64,000 nt of DNA, taken from assembly GCF_006345805.1 (NCBI RefSeq), contig NC_043018.1, positions 23,808,001 to 23,872,000 on the forward strand. Reading direction: 5' to 3'. The notes under the pieces were generated by a model. It did no database searches, was not told the origin of the DNA, and saw only the letters and a program-made list of their open reading frames with translations. The DNA comes from Octopus sinensis. Taxonomy: Eukaryota. The position numbers and the translations under genes are program-made. Shown in pieces: positions 1 to 13,631 of this stretch. Position 1 is the stretch's first letter, and the number at the start of each line of letters is the position of its first letter.

Positions 1-263
1 GTAGTTCTTGGGGAGATTCAGCGTGACACAGAGTGTGACAAGACCGGCCCTTTGAAATACAGGTACAACAGGAACAAGAAGAAAGAGTGAGAGAAAGCTG
101 TGGTGAAAGAGTACAGCAGAGTTCACCACCACCCCTTGCCGGAGCCTCGTGGAGCTTTAGATGTATTGCTCAATAAACACTCACAATGCCTGGTCTGGGA
201 ATAGAAATCATGATCCTATGACTGCGAGTCTGCTGCCCTAACCACTGGGCCATTGCGCCTCCA
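1..263 (-). mobile_element. SINE family B (5' part, runs off the window)
   Basis: Highly similar to 1420-1685. Confidence 0.85.
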
Positions 264-704
264 CATATATATACATGCATTTATATGCATACACACATGC
301 ATGTGTGTTTGTCATGACATTTTGCATCATTCATTTCCAATATTGTGCAGGAACATGTCTGGCCATGAGAAATTATTACCTTTGACCATGGAAAATCCAT
401 TTTAATAAACTCCCTTCAACCCATCAAGCATGGAAAAGTGGAAATTAGATTTATAATGAGAGTGCTCCACTTATTGCATGTCTTCTACTGACCTTATGAA
501 CAGAGTTTTTTTGTTTTCTTTCAATTTAATAGGAATACCACAAAGACGAGTGGTTGGTTAGTTAGTTCGCTTTGCAATCACATGAGCTCAAGTTCAGTTC
601 CACTGTCTGGCATCTTCAGCAAACATGTATAATAGCCTTGGAATGACTAATGCACACAAGTGAAATTGGGCAACGAAAACTGCATGAACATGTGCACATG
701 TATG

Positions 705-739
<35 letters not shown>

Positions 740-1296
740 ATATGTAGGAACATATATAGATGTGACAAAACGGTTACTGAAACAAGTCCCCATTTTAAGT
801 GTAAATAATGGAATCAACATGGTCAACTAAAAACTCTTCAGGGTGGTGCTTCGGCAAGGCTACGGTCCAGGGACAGCAATAATCTAAAGAGCAAAGAGCA
901 GTTACAACAATATCTTACAATAACCTTGAATCAAGAATAAAAATAGAAATAAAATTCATTCTAGAAGTTGTGTCATACGATCAACTACAGATTTCACATA
1001 TTAAGTACTACCTGTGGATTACTGAATAAAAGGTTGGCTTAGAAATTGTTATAATATTCAGAAAAAGGGAATAAAATACTCTCCAAAATATAAAAATAAA
1101 ATATTCATTTCAAAGCACAAGGCCAGCAATTTCAGGGAAGGGGGCAAGTCGATTGCATTGACCCCTGAGTTCACCTGGTGCTTAATTTTATCGATTCCAA
1201 AAGAATGAAAGACAAAGTCAACATTGGTGGAGAATGTGAGGATGGATGAAATGCCAAAAACATCTTGCCTGGCATGCAAACAATTTTGTAAACTCA

Positions 1297-1685
1297 TGGA
1301 TGGAAGCACTCTGTCGGTTACGACGACAAGGGTTCCGGTTGATCCGAATCAACGGAACAGCCTGCTCGTGAAATTAACGTGTAAGTGGCTGAGCACTCCA
1401 CAGACATGTGTACCCTTAACGTAGTTCTCGGGGATATTCAACGTGACACAGAGAGTGACAAGGCTGGCCCTTTGAAATACAGGTACAACAGAAACAGGAA
1501 GTAAGAATGAGAGAAAGTTGTGGTGAAAGAGTACAGCAGGGATCACCACCATCCCCTGCCGGAGCCTCGTGGAGCTTTAGGTGTTTTCACTCAATAAACA
1601 CTCACAACGCCCGGTCTGGGAATCGAAACCGCGATCCTATGACCGCGAGTCCGCTGCCCTAACCACTGGGCCATTGCGCCTCCAC
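1297..1685 (-). mobile_element. tRNA-derived SINE family B, young copy
   Basis: Head TGGAGGCGCAATGGCCCAGTGGTTAGG...GGTTTCGATTCC (A/B boxes); 12-bp TSD TTTGTAAACTCA at 1285-1296 and 1686-1697. Confidence 0.9.
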
Positions 1686-1842
1686 TTTGTAAACTCAATA
1701 CCTTAATAAAATGAAAATATTAATTTTAAAAATTGCATGAAATCATGTTTGAGAAGAAAAACAATCAATCATGAGAATATTGCATTTGTAAAAACAAAAA
1801 TCACAATAAAAATAGTTTTAAAAAAATTAAACAAAGACACAC

Positions 1843-2803
1843 CTTTAGTGTAAGCTTGATCATCTTGCGAAGTTCCAATAGGGTACACTAAGTTTTCAGA
1901 TTGAGATGGCAAACCAGACACATTTGGGTTAACAGAATGAACATAGGTGTTCTTAGTTGGTCTGTAGTGTAAGGCTGTTTTACTGTTTATTGCAATAGGA
2001 GGTTGGTGTTGAGAAACGCTAGGTGCATAACCATGCATGTTAGCAAATTGATATTTGAAAGGAGACTCAGCTAACTGGTGATAATCTAATTGCTGAGAAA
2101 TTTGAGTCGATGGGGAGTGCTTGGAGTTAACGTACTGTCCAACCAGACGTGGACTGTGGTTTCCAGTAACAGACTGCGGAGAATAGGGACTTGGTGGCTG
2201 CGATCCATGCAGAGACGGCTGAGGCGAGTGCAAAGTACTAGTTACTGGATGCAGCATGCTAACTTGGTGATCATATTCAAGTAATCGGCCTTTGTTCATA
2301 TTTGGGTGGGCCTCGATATAAATATTAGCATGAGTAGAATGCTGAGAACTGGAAGCAACAGGAGTGGACATAACTAGTGGGTCAGCGTTCTTTTGTAGAG
2401 TTGGCCAGTGTAGTTTATCATTATGTGGACTGCTAGAATAGTTACAATACATTTGTGGCATGCTGTATTTATAACTGTTCAGATCTACTTCAGAAGTCTG
2501 AATGTGCTGAACAGAAATCTGTCGTTGGGGAGTGGTCGATGTTTTGCAGGTAATATGTGGAATCATACTGGAATTTGGAACATGCTTATATTGATCGAAA
2601 TCAACAATTTGATTTGAGTTTAGTTCTGGTGAATGTGAAGTAACAGGGCTATTTTTATTATATTTGGATGTCACCGATGCTTGTGAGACATCAGTATTTT
2701 TAATTTCCAAATTCAATTTCTGCATGCTATTATTCACAGAGCTGATAGTATTAAGAGGGTTCTTATTCAACTCTTCCAGGCATTTATCCTTGTCATTGTT
2801 GAA
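1843..2803 (-). CDS. TAB2: TAB2/TAB3-like coding exon 2 (end of CUE, low-complexity linker, start of coiled-coil)
   Basis: Acceptor TTTATATTTCAG|TTC at 2803 in phase 0, open for 961 nt (overlaps track ORF 1769-2770), donor AAAG|GTGTGT after 1843 in phase 1. Ends in DDQAYTK, resembling the D-D-x-A-Y-T-Q-A motif that opens the TAB2/3 TAK1-binding coiled-coil. The next exon was not found in 1-1842. Confidence 0.82.
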
Positions 2804-3483
2804 CTGAAATATAAAAGAGAAAAGAATTAAGTTCTATATTGATGTGTGTGTGTGTGTTGTATACATAAGTGAGTTTTAATACAGAATACCAACCTGCTCA
2901 TAATTATGGATATCAAAGTGTGACAAAGAGAAAAGTTGTGACGGTCTATATGTCAGCAAAAAACTCACTCAAATACTTTTGCTATGAGGAAGTCAAATAG
3001 TTTGGAGTAGACTCCTTTGGAGAAAGATGAAATGTTTATTGATGATGCTGAATAAATCGAAGTAATAGAATGAAATAGTGCTATACGTGAATACCAGTGA
3101 TTAGGGAATTTTAAGAACATTGTAATAAGCAAGCAAAATATGTATATGTATTACATGCATCTTTTTCTTTACTTCTTAATTTCAAATTCAGACTTTTAAT
3201 CCCACCCAATATTATGAAGAAATTGCTATCTCCCTGTCTGCTGGGAACACCACATATCTGAGTAGTGATTGTAACATCTATAATCATTTCATCTCTCTCA
3301 CGAATAGTTCTGATTGAAACATTACAAATAGCTTCTTCCTCTAGAAAAAAAGTATGTGTATCATCATCATCATAATAATAATAATAATATTGCCACTGTC
3401 TAACCCTCTTGCCCATCAGTCACTGAGTTAACCTTCTTAACCCCTTACCTATTATGTTTAAGACAGTAATCTGGGATGTAGCC

Positions 3484-3980
3484 AGTCGACTTATGAATAC
3501 CTTTCCTTCTTGGGACACAAAACTCCACTTGTGAAGACCTGTTGAGGCAAGTGGAAATCAGAACCAAAATCGAAGTCGATCAACATCAATGGAAATTGCA
3601 GCTGTTATACCAGTGCCGGTGGCACGTAAGCGAACCATCCGATCATGACCGTTGCCAGCGCCGCCCCGACTGGCCTCCGTGCCGGTGGCACGTAAAAAGC
3701 ACCATCCAACCGTGGCCGTTTGCTAGCCCCGTCTGGCACGTAAAAAGCACCATCCAACCGTGGCCGTTTGCCAGCCCCGTCTGGCACCTGTGCCGGTGGC
3801 ACGTAAGAAAGCACCCACTACACTCACGGAGTGGTTGGCGTTAGGAAGGGCATCCAGCCGTAGAAACATTGCCAGATCAGACGGGGCCTGGTGCAGCCTT
3901 CTGGCTTCCCAGACCCCAGTTGAACCGTCCAACCCATGCTAGCATGGAAAGCGGACGCTAAATGATGATGATGATGATGA
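3484..3980 (+). mobile_element. RTE 3'-UTR-only copy
   Basis: Same modules and tail. Other copies (approximate): 11973-12235(-), 14571-14860(-), 16750-17107(+), 19970-20070(-), 20440-20735(+), 21040-21290(+), 27265-27395(+), 27745-27900(-), 28610-28820(-), 29070-29183(+), 29520-29745(+), 30083-30195(-), 49915-50070(-), 62235-62365(+). Confidence 0.85.
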
Positions 3981-4301
3981 ACACTATGTCCAATATACAT
4001 TACTTATTTAAGCATTTACAACTCCATAACTAGCTATGACTTTCCTTCTGTTTCTAACCTTGATGTTACAGGGGCTAGACAGAACTAACAAACCCATCTC
4101 TCCATTTTACTTATACGTATGTATGCATATATACACACACACACACACATATATACACATTTATACATACACACATATATACACATGCACAGATATATAT
4201 ACACACACACACACACACACATATACATACATACAAATTCAGTGTGTGTTGCATTCCATTACTTAATAAATGAAAAAAAATATATGGTAAATAAACATAT
4301 G

Positions 4302-4500
4302 ACATTATGTATACTGAGTGTAAAACTGGACGGGAGACAAACACAGAAGGTCCCTAATTCTTCATCAGTTACCAACCAATTGCTAACACTCAATTTTGCA
4401 CCTTTAATGATAACTGGGTATTAGCAATTGGTTGATGAAGAATGAGGGACCTTCTGTGTGTGTGTCTCCCGTCCAGTTTTACACTCAGTATACATAATGT
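4302..4500. repeat. Fold-back element (~85-bp arms); half copy at ~11487-11600
   Basis: ACATTATGTATACTGAGTGTAAAACTGGACGGGAGAC and its reverse complement. Confidence 0.85.
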
Positions 4501-4691
4501 TCTTAAAAGGCGCAGGAATGGCTGTGTGGTAAGTAGCTTGCTTACCAACCACATGGTTCCAGGTTCAGTCCCACTGCGTGGCATCTTGGGCAAGTGTCTT
4601 CTGCTATAGCCCCGGGCCGACCAATGCCTTGTGAGTGGATTTGGTAGATGGAAACTGAAAGAAGCCTGCCATATATATATATATATATATA

Positions 4692-5982
4692 CGAGGGGCG
4701 TTCAATAAGTAATGCTTCTGACCCACTTGCAGTTATTTTATCTAGCTGAAATTTTGCATGTACAATTATTTATATCTTTATAGATTAAATGGCAAATTAC
4801 AGCTCTGAACTAATTGTGGTTTCTGATTTACAGGTGTTTGAACTGAGTCAAGTGTGAAATGGAGCCTGTTGAGTGTCGAGCAGTGATCCGGTTTTTGTAT
4901 TTGAAAGAACGCATACCACGGGAGACTTTTGATGAAATGAAAGTAACTTATGGTGATGATGCCCCATCATGTGACCTTGTAAAACGCTGGCATCGTGAAT
5001 TCAAACATGGTCGGAACTCTGTGGAAACAGCTCCCAGATCTGGTCACCCCCTTCTGCCATTGATGAGGCATCTGTCCGTCATGTTGAGGCTGCCATTTTG
5101 GAAGATCGACGCATAACTATTCGCCAAATAGCCCATGAGGTCAAGATTAGTACCGGGTCTGTGGAAACTATCATTCATGACCATTTGCATATGCAAAAGG
5201 TGTCTGCCAGATGGATTCCCAGGTTGCTCACATCTTTCCAGAAGCAAGAACGTGACGATTGCTCGAGGATGAATTTGGAGATGTGCCAAGAAGATGAGTC
5301 AAAATTTTTCAAAAGACTGATTACACAGGATGAAACCTGGGTCCATCACTATGATCCAGAGACCAAAGCCCAGTCAATGCAGTGGACACACCGTGACTCA
5401 CCTCCTCCAAAGAAGGCAAGGGTGCAGCCCTCTGCTGGCAAGGTCATGCTCACAGTCTTCTGGGACCAGGACGGAGTACTGATGACAGATTTCCTGGCAA
5501 AGGGTGCCGCAATTACAGGAGCCTATTATGCTTCACTTTTGAGGAAATTAAGAGAAGCTATCAAAATCAAGAGGCGGGGCAAGATCAGCAAAAGCATCCT
5601 CCTCTTGCAGGACAATTCTCCAGTTCACAACTCGCGTGTCGCCAGATCAGAAGCACAGGCGTGCGGCTATGAACTCATCTCCCATCCCCCTACCCTCCTG
5701 CCCTTGCACCCTCTGATTTTCACCTCTTCCCAGCCATGAAGTTGTTTTTGAAAGGAAAGCGTTTTCCAGATGATGCAGCCTTGATTTCTGAAGTCACGTC
5801 GTGGTTGGAGGACCAAGCTGGGGTCTTCTACAAAAACAGTCTTCAGAGCTGCATCAAACGATGTGAGAAATGCGTAACTCTGGGTGGTTCCTAGGTAGAA
5901 AAAGACTAATAACTGTGCCAAGTTTCGTTGCTCTACTGCTATGAGAAGTGGGTCAGGGGCATTACTTATTGAACGCCCCTCG
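4692..5982 (+). mobile_element. Full-length mariner (Tc1/mariner DD34D) transposon
   Basis: TIRs CGAGGGGCGTTCAATAAGTAATGC / GCATTACTTATTGAACGCCCCTCG, TA flanks, 1291 bp. Confidence 0.95.
4859..5909 (+). pseudogene. Disrupted mariner transposase
   Basis: HTH region, WIPRLL, ITQDETW, LLQDNSPVH and LAPSDFHLF motifs. Two frameshifts (~5050, ~5690) and a premature TAG at 5892. Confidence 0.92.
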
Positions 5983-6274
5983 TATATATATATATATATA
6001 TATGTATGCATGTATGTGTGTGTGTGTTTGTGTTTGTCCCCCTAGCATTGCTTGACAACCGATGCTGGTATGTTTACGTTCCCGTCACTTAGCGGTTCGG
6101 CAAAAGAGACCGATAGAATAAGTACTGGGCTTACAAAGAATAAGTCCCGGGGTCGATTTGCTCGACTAAAGGCAGTGCTCCAGCATGGCCGCAGTCAAAT
6201 GACTGAAACAAGTAAAAGAGCCAAAGAGAATGTCGTATGTTTATTTACCATATATTTTTTTCATTTATTATATA

Positions 6275-7127
6275 CACAAGGTGGTATCAAAAGGTTCCTC
6301 AACTAGTTTTATGTTTAATAAAAAAATTACTTATTGGCCAAAGTTTTAACATTATCTCCTTGGAAACAGTCACCTTGCACGCAATACACCGGTCCCAGCA
6401 TTCTCACGAATAGAGGACCTTCTGCAATTCCCTCTTGATATTGACAATGGTGTTAAAATGGCAACCTTTGAGCTGCATTTTCATCCTGGAGAAGAGATGG
6501 AAGACTGCAGGTGCTAAATATGGCAAATAGGGTGGGTGTGGAAGTGATATATTGTTTTTGGTGAGAAATTCAAGAGTGAGGAAAGCTTGGTGAAGAATCC
6601 AGTTCTTCATGCTCCACTGATCTGGTTGCTTTCACCAAATGTCCTCCCTCAAGTGCTTAGAAACGTTGTAGAACTCTCGATTGATGGTCTAGCCCCAACA
6701 GACAAATTCTCAATGTACAATATCATATTTCTGAGGGTGACACCTATGGCAGGTCCTCCACAGTGCTCATCGTCTTCCAAGGATGGTCTTCCACTTTTGA
6801 AGCATCTGTGCCACTCAAAACATCGTGTACAACCTTATCACCGTAAGCTTGCTGAAGAATGCCCTGTGTCTCTGTAGCAGACTTCCCAAGTTTAAAGCAA
6901 AATTTCACATTGCCTCTTTGTTCCTGTCCATGACCAAATTGCAGACTACAGCATACAGGTGATCACAAAATCACAAATTTCACAACTTGCAAAGTAAATA
7001 CAGCAATTTCACTTGGCACACTGCCTCACAAAGGTCACTACTTGTTCTCACTGTACACGCAACTGTGTGCCGTCATCAGATGGCACACTACAGAACTAGT
7101 CCAGGAACTATTTTATACCACCTCACA
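6275..7127 (-). mobile_element. Degenerate, internally deleted mariner
   Basis: Imperfect TIRs (AGGTGGTATCAAAAGGTTCCTCAACTAGTT and its complement) and a decayed PHPPYLPYLAPAVFHLF transposase motif. Confidence 0.8.
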
Positions 7128-7313
7128 TAATTCTATAACAGTCACACATTCAGGTACATACACTCAGACACAAATGATTAACCCCATTCAGTCACTAACA
7201 CACACGAGTATCTGATCACTCACTCACACACAGCCACACACAAAAATACCCCCTACACATACAAAAACAACCACACATGCAGACATATGCACACACAACT
7301 ACATACAAACAAC

Positions 7314-7564
7314 CAGGGCTGTGGAGTCGAAACCAAAAACTTCGACTCCAACTCCTCTACTATTGGTACCTCTGACTGACTCCTCTTTATGTAATTAAGT
7401 GATTGTGGTCAACATATCTCATAAAGCATATTCATAAGCTTGTACTTTGAGTAGGCCCATATGTTATAACTGGTTTATATTAAAGAATAAAGACATTGTG
7501 AGTCGGTATAGTTTTACTGACTGACTCTAGCTACCCCTTAATTGTTTCTGACTCCACAGCCCTG
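7314..7564. mobile_element. MITE
   Basis: 15-bp perfect TIRs CAGGGCTGTGGAGTC / GACTCCACAGCCCTG; no clear TSD. Confidence 0.75.
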
Positions 7565-8691
7565 AAAAAAAAAATCAACCCTACATTAACATATAACCTT
7601 AATAAACATACAAACATCTAACCAAACAGTTACAACCACAACTAAACACACAGAAACACCAACCCACAAAAGATGCATGCAGTCAGACACAACCACATGT
7701 CAATGATAATGATTGTGCAACATGATTTTTGGGTAGCAACTGTTATTTCCCCTTTGCTTACCCCAAGAAAGTATGACAAATGGCTAATACTTCCTTCAAA
7801 CTTTGCTTTTGTTATATTTATTCAAACCCCAAAAATCCTTCTCAACACATGGCTACGATGTTCCCCCACTACTCCTGCTCATGATCAGAGATGCAAATAT
7901 TGTCAGCCACTAAGGGACATGCTTGAGTGGTTAAGGTCAAGCAACTGACAAGCAAATCTCTGGTATTGAGCAGAATATTAGCTATAACGATATTTGTGCT
8001 TCATAACTCAGCACTGAATCTATCTGAAATGTAATGGAAGATAGCTCAATTGCAAAACATTGACATCGAGGTCACAAAAGCAAAGTTTGAAGGGAATAGT
8101 TGTCATTTCCTTTGATTTCTAGATAAGACCACATAGGAAATAACACTTACAGGCCAAAGATGAAGCAAAAATTTTGTTACTCAGTGTAATGACTGTGTGG
8201 GGGGAACACATGAAGATAAGAATTTATGTTAACAAATAAACATGTCAAATTACCAAAGGAAGTATAAAAGGTAAAAATAAAATGTTTTCGGGGTTTCCCT
8301 GTGCCCACCAGTTTTAAATAATGTGTTTGGGAATATTAAGTGCTAACTAAAGTGGAAATAACATTGGCACAACAGCCCAATTTTATATACATCCTCCTAC
8401 ATAAATGATTGGCTACATAGAAATTAACGGACGTTAAACACTCTCAAACAGGACTTATTGAATAGATAAGCGTGCTTAATTTGTCTGAAAATATTTTAAT
8501 TAAAAAAAATAAAAAAAAGAAGCTAAGCCTTTAGTGCAGGGAAAACATCAAATAACAAGAGTGCTGATAAAATACGTTCATTTTTACACCTACGCATATC
8601 TTGTATCACACATATATATATAGAAACATTTATATACATACATGCACGTAGACACACAAACATTTACATACATACATTTACACACACAAAC

Positions 8692-8729
<38 letters not shown>

Positions 8730-8771
8730 CGTACACACACAAACATTTATATACATATATATACACACACA

Positions 8772-9480
8772 AACATGGTCTGCGGATGGATGAGGAGAGC
8801 TGTGTGAAGAAATGTCACTCCCAAATAGTGGAAGGAACCTGTGGTAGAGGGAGACTCAGGAAGACATGGGATGAGGTGGTTAAGCATGACCTTTGAACGT
8901 TGCACTCACAGAGGCAATGACGAAAGACTGAGACCTCTGGAGATATGCTGTGACTGAGAAGACCCGGCAAGTAAAGTGAGATCACAGCCATAACCAGCCC
9001 ATTTCGTCAGGTGACATGCCATGCTTGAGAAGACCTATTGAGTCAAGTACATCAAAGTCAAGTCAAACCACAATCAAATGGAAATTGTAGTTGTGGATGA
9101 TGCCAGTGCCACCTGACTGGCACCCATGCTGGTGGCACACAATAAGCAGTGCTGCCTGACTGGTGGCACGTAAAAAGCACCATCCAAACGTGGTCAATGC
9201 CAGCCCCCTCACCCTGACTGGCTCCTGTGCCGGTGGCAGGTAAAAACCACCATCCAAACATAATCGATGCCAGCACCCTCAACCCGACTAGCTCCTGTGC
9301 TGGTGGCACGTAAAAAGCACTCACTACACTCTCAGAGTGGTTGGTGTTAGGAAGGGCATCCAGCTGTAGAAACATTGCCAGACCAGACTGGAGCCTGGTG
9401 CAGCCTCCTGGCTTGCCAGACCCCAGTCAAACCATTCAACCCCTGCCAGCATGGAAAACAGATGATAAATGACGATGACG
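8772..9480 (+). mobile_element. Same RTE LINE family, 5'-truncated
   Basis: RMDEESCVKKCHSQIVEGTCGRGRLRKTWDEVVKHDL, followed by the modular 3' UTR and (ATG)n tail. Confidence 0.8.
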
Positions 9481-12294
9481 ATGTACACACACAGATATGT
9501 CATGTGTGTGTGTGTGTATATACACACACATACACATTCTTTTATGCCTTTATTCTTTTACTTGTTTCAGTCATTTTGTGGCCATGATGGAGCACCACCT
9601 TTACCCAAAGAAATTGACCCTAGGACATTCTTTGTAAGCCTAGTGTTTATTCCATCAGTTTCTTTTACCGAACTCTTAAGTTACGAGGACATAAACACAC
9701 CAACATCGGTTGTCAAGGAACGGTGGTGGAGGGGACAAACACAGACACACAAATATGTACATATATATATATATATATATATTTGATGGGCATCTTTCAG
9801 TTTCCATCTACCAAATCCACTCACAAGGCTTTGGTCAGCCCAAGGCTATAGAAGAAGACACCCAAAGTGCCACACAGTGAGACTGAACCTGGAATCATGT
9901 GGTTGGGAAGCAAGCATATTTTGTGAATGAAATTAGTATGACAATCACATGGTTCCAGGTTCAATCCCACTGCATGGCACCTTGAGCAAGTGCTGTCTAC
10001 TATAGCCTCGGGCTGACCAAAAGCTTGTGAGTAGATTTGGTAGACAGAAACTGAAAAAAGCCTGCCATGTATGTATATGTAACTGTGTTTGTTCCACCCC
10101 CATCACCACTTCACAACCAGTGTTAGTGTGTTTACATCCCCGTAACTTAATGGTTTGGCAAATGAGTCTGATAGAAGTACTAGGCTTGAAAAAAATAAGT
10201 CCTGAGGTCGATTTGTTCGACTAGAACCCCTCGAGGTGGTGCTCCAGCATGGCCGTAGTCACTTGACTGCAAAGAGGATAGGTATGTCTGTGTGACTAAG
10301 AAGTTTGCATCCCAACCAGATAGTTCTGGGTTCAATCATGCTGCATGGCACCTTAGCAAGTGTCTTTTATAAAAGCTTCAGGTTGTCTAAAACCCTGTGA
10401 GGGGACTTTGGTAGATGGACTTCGAATGTATGTATGCATGCATGTGTACATGTCTACTTGAAGCAATGCCCTTCATCTCCAATTTTCCATGGAAACACAT
10501 TTGGTGTAAATATTACCTTCCTTGGAAATACAGATTAGCACCAAGAAGGGTATCTAACCATAGAAAACCCACCTCAACAAATTTCATCCAACCCATGCAA
10601 GTATAGAAAAGTGAAAGTGAATAGCAATGATGATAATATAAATATATATAAATATATATATATAGGCACAATAAATACATACAAATAGAAACACAAAAAC
10701 ACTTACATAAACATATATATACTCATGAGAGAAAAAGGTATATTTGGTATAACTACCTTAGAGTAAGAAAACATTTATGTTTTGTAGAGTAACAGGATTT
10801 TGTAGTGGGTATTATTATAATGGTCAAGGTCTCACAGTGGCATGTAGTTTCATCCAGAGCACAAATCTTCAAATAGTGAGATTTTGAGAAACAGGAATTG
10901 TATATATTTGTCTGAAGAGTGTGAGGGGAATATGTAGTGTATGTATGTGTGGGTGGTATAATTGTGGGTTTTTTCGTTTTTGTGGGGGAGCTATCTGAAG
11001 AATGTGATCCTATGTGATCTACTTGCTGATTGTGTGAGAAACTACAGTGATGGGGGTATGTTTGAGAAAGATTTCTCAAATTTCCATATCCTAAGGACTC
11101 TCAGAATAAAACTATGATACTTGGAAATTCCCCAATTCTATAAATATATTATATATATTTACAAAGACATATACAATTTGCCATCATCATTGTTTTAATG
11201 TCCACCTTGCATAGACATAGCTGTGAAATAAGCTTTTCCCTCCCAACCACATGGTTCTGACCAAAGCCATGGGACTGGATTTGGGAGATGGAAACTGAAA
11301 GAAGCCTGTCATGTATGTGTGTGTGTATACACGTGCGCATGTTGGTGTGTATGTCTTTGTTTGTGTTTGTCCCCCACTACCGCTTGACGATTCATAAGCA
11401 AGCTACTTACCACACAGCCACTCCTATGCCTACATATTATAATAAATGAAAATATGTATTGTAAACGCACAAACAACACGTAAAAAACAATGTATATTGA
11501 GTGCACAAATGGACAGAAGACAGACACAGAATGTCCCTAATTCTACATCAGTTATCAACCAGATGGTATTACTCAGTTTTGCACCATTAATGATAAGACT
11601 GAGGGGTGCCCAGAAAAGTTGCGAAGAAAATAGGGCCAAGACAAATAACACATGGATAACAAGCAATACAGAAGTGCACATAACAAAGGTGAATAAATGT
11701 AATTTAAGATGAAGGACGAAGATGCTCAGCCCTATATTCTTCACAACTTTTGTGGGCACTGCCATCATGGGAAGCCTCTCAGCCTTATAATTAATGGTGT
11801 AAAACATAAAACTTATTAACAGTGCTGTGGTTTTACTGAGATCTCACTTTTAAGAAAGAATAGCCATAACTCTTTGACTGCTATTTCTAAATTCGGTGTG
11901 TGGTGAGGCAAATCGTTGCTAAACCCTTAATTACTTAGTATTACTTATATATATATATATATATATATATATCATCATCATCATCGTTTAACGTCCGTTC
12001 TCCAAGCTAGCATGGGTTGAACGGTTCAACCGGGGATCTGGGAAGCCAGAAGGCTGCACCAGGCTCCAGTCTGATCTGGCAGTGTTTCTACAGCTGGATG
12101 CCCTTTCTAAAGCCAACCAGTCTGTGAGTGTAGTGGGTGCTTTTTACGTGCGAGGCGAGGCTGGCAACGACCATGATCAGATTGGTGCTTTTTACATGCC
12201 ACCGGCATGGAAGCCAGTCAAGGTGGAGCTGGCCTAGTCAAGATACAAGATATATATATATATATATATACACACACATACATACATACATATA

Positions 12295-12384
<90 letters not shown>

Positions 12385-12385
12385 T

Positions 12386-12676
12386 GATGGCATGTGGCTT
12401 AGTGGTTAGGGGTATTTGGCTAACAATTGTCAGGCTGTGAATTCGATTCCCAGCAGCCCGTTGTGTCCTTGAGCAAGATCCTTTATTTCACATTGCTCCA
12501 GTCCACTCAGCTGGCAAAAATGAGAAGTACCTGTATTTCAAAGGACCAGCCTTGTCACACTCTGTTGTGCTGAATCTCCCCAAGAACTACATTGGGGGGT
12601 ACATGTGTCTGTGGAGTGCTCAGCCACTTGCATAGTAAATTCATGAGCAGGCTGTTCCGTTGATCAGATCAACTTG
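12386..12676 (+). mobile_element. Chimeric SINE (family-D head and core with family-B tail)
   Basis: GTGTCCTTGAGCAAG..CTTTATTTCACATTGCTCCAGTCCACTCAGCTG core, then the GTACCTGTATTTCAAAGG...GCAGGCTGTTCCGTTGAT tail. Confidence 0.7.
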
Positions 12677-13631
12677 TACCATATACATTTATGTATATAC
12701 ATATATATAAATACACACACAAAAATATACATATATATATCATTATCATCATTTAACATCTGCCTTCCATGTTGGTATGGGTTGGACAGGAACTGGCTAG
12801 ACAAAATCCTGCACCAATCTTGTGTCTGTTTCGCCATGGTTTTTACAGCAGGATAAACCTTCCTAACACCAACCACCCAGCAAGGGGACATACATATACA
12901 CATGTACATACGTAGATACATACATATAATAGAATACTATATTCATCCATAAAAAGAATTTAATTTTGAAGCATTTTGATGACTGAACTATATCAAAATA
13001 TTTCCCCATCTCTCCTTCATTCACTCCACCACAAACATTCTTCACATGAACTAATAAGGGAGCTCCTGTGTAATCACTTGATTTTCTAGAGACAAACAGC
13101 CAAATCTCATTCAAATCACACTTTATAAAACAGACAATATACCCTAATGAAAGACATGACAATCATGGTAGAAACAGGACTGATCATGGGCAACTGTTTG
13201 AAATCAGGGTGTGTGTGTTTCTGGAATCTCTTTTATTCATGTCAGTCATTAAATTGCAGCCATGCTAGGGCACTTCCTTGAAGAATTTTGAGTTGAATGT
13301 ACGGACTCCAGTGCTTTTTCTTTTAAAGGCTGGTACTTATTACATCAGTATCTTTTGCCAAACCACTAAGTTACAGGGTCAAAAATACACCAACACCAGT
13401 TGTCAAGTGGTGGCAGGGGACAAAGACACACACACACACACATACACAACAGGCTTCTTTCAGTTTCCATCTACCAAATCCATTCACAAGGGTTTGGTTA
13501 GCCTGAGGTTATAGTAAAAGACACTTGCTCGTGGTGCCACACAGTGGGACTAAATTCAGAAACGGGGTTGTTATGCAAGCTTCTTACCACACCACCCACT
13601 TTCTCCCAGTAACAAATAAATATAGTCTCAC

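Larger units (their letters stand above)
4508..6220 (+). mobile_element. SINE family A (internal (TA)n(TG)n tract), split by the mariner
   Basis: Head 4508-4691 and 3' part 5983-6220 match the intact copies. Confidence 0.85.

Noticed and set aside
1012-1021. 10-nt minus-strand microexon (TTCAG|TAATCCACAG|GTAGTA) as TAB2 exon 3
   Set aside because: It gives Val after YTK and shifts frame, whereas the family motif predicts Ala-Leu-Leu. The true next exon is probably outside the window.
1769-1842. Read-through tail of the 333-aa ORF (VSLFNFFKTIFIV...) as a transmembrane segment
   Set aside because: It lies past the AAAG|GTGTGT donor and is T-rich intron sequence.
3605-3830. Repeated GCCGGTGGCACGTAAAAAGCACC units as a CRISPR-like array
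   Set aside because: Eukaryotic context, spacers are similar to each other, and the array is part of an RTE 3' UTR found in many copies.
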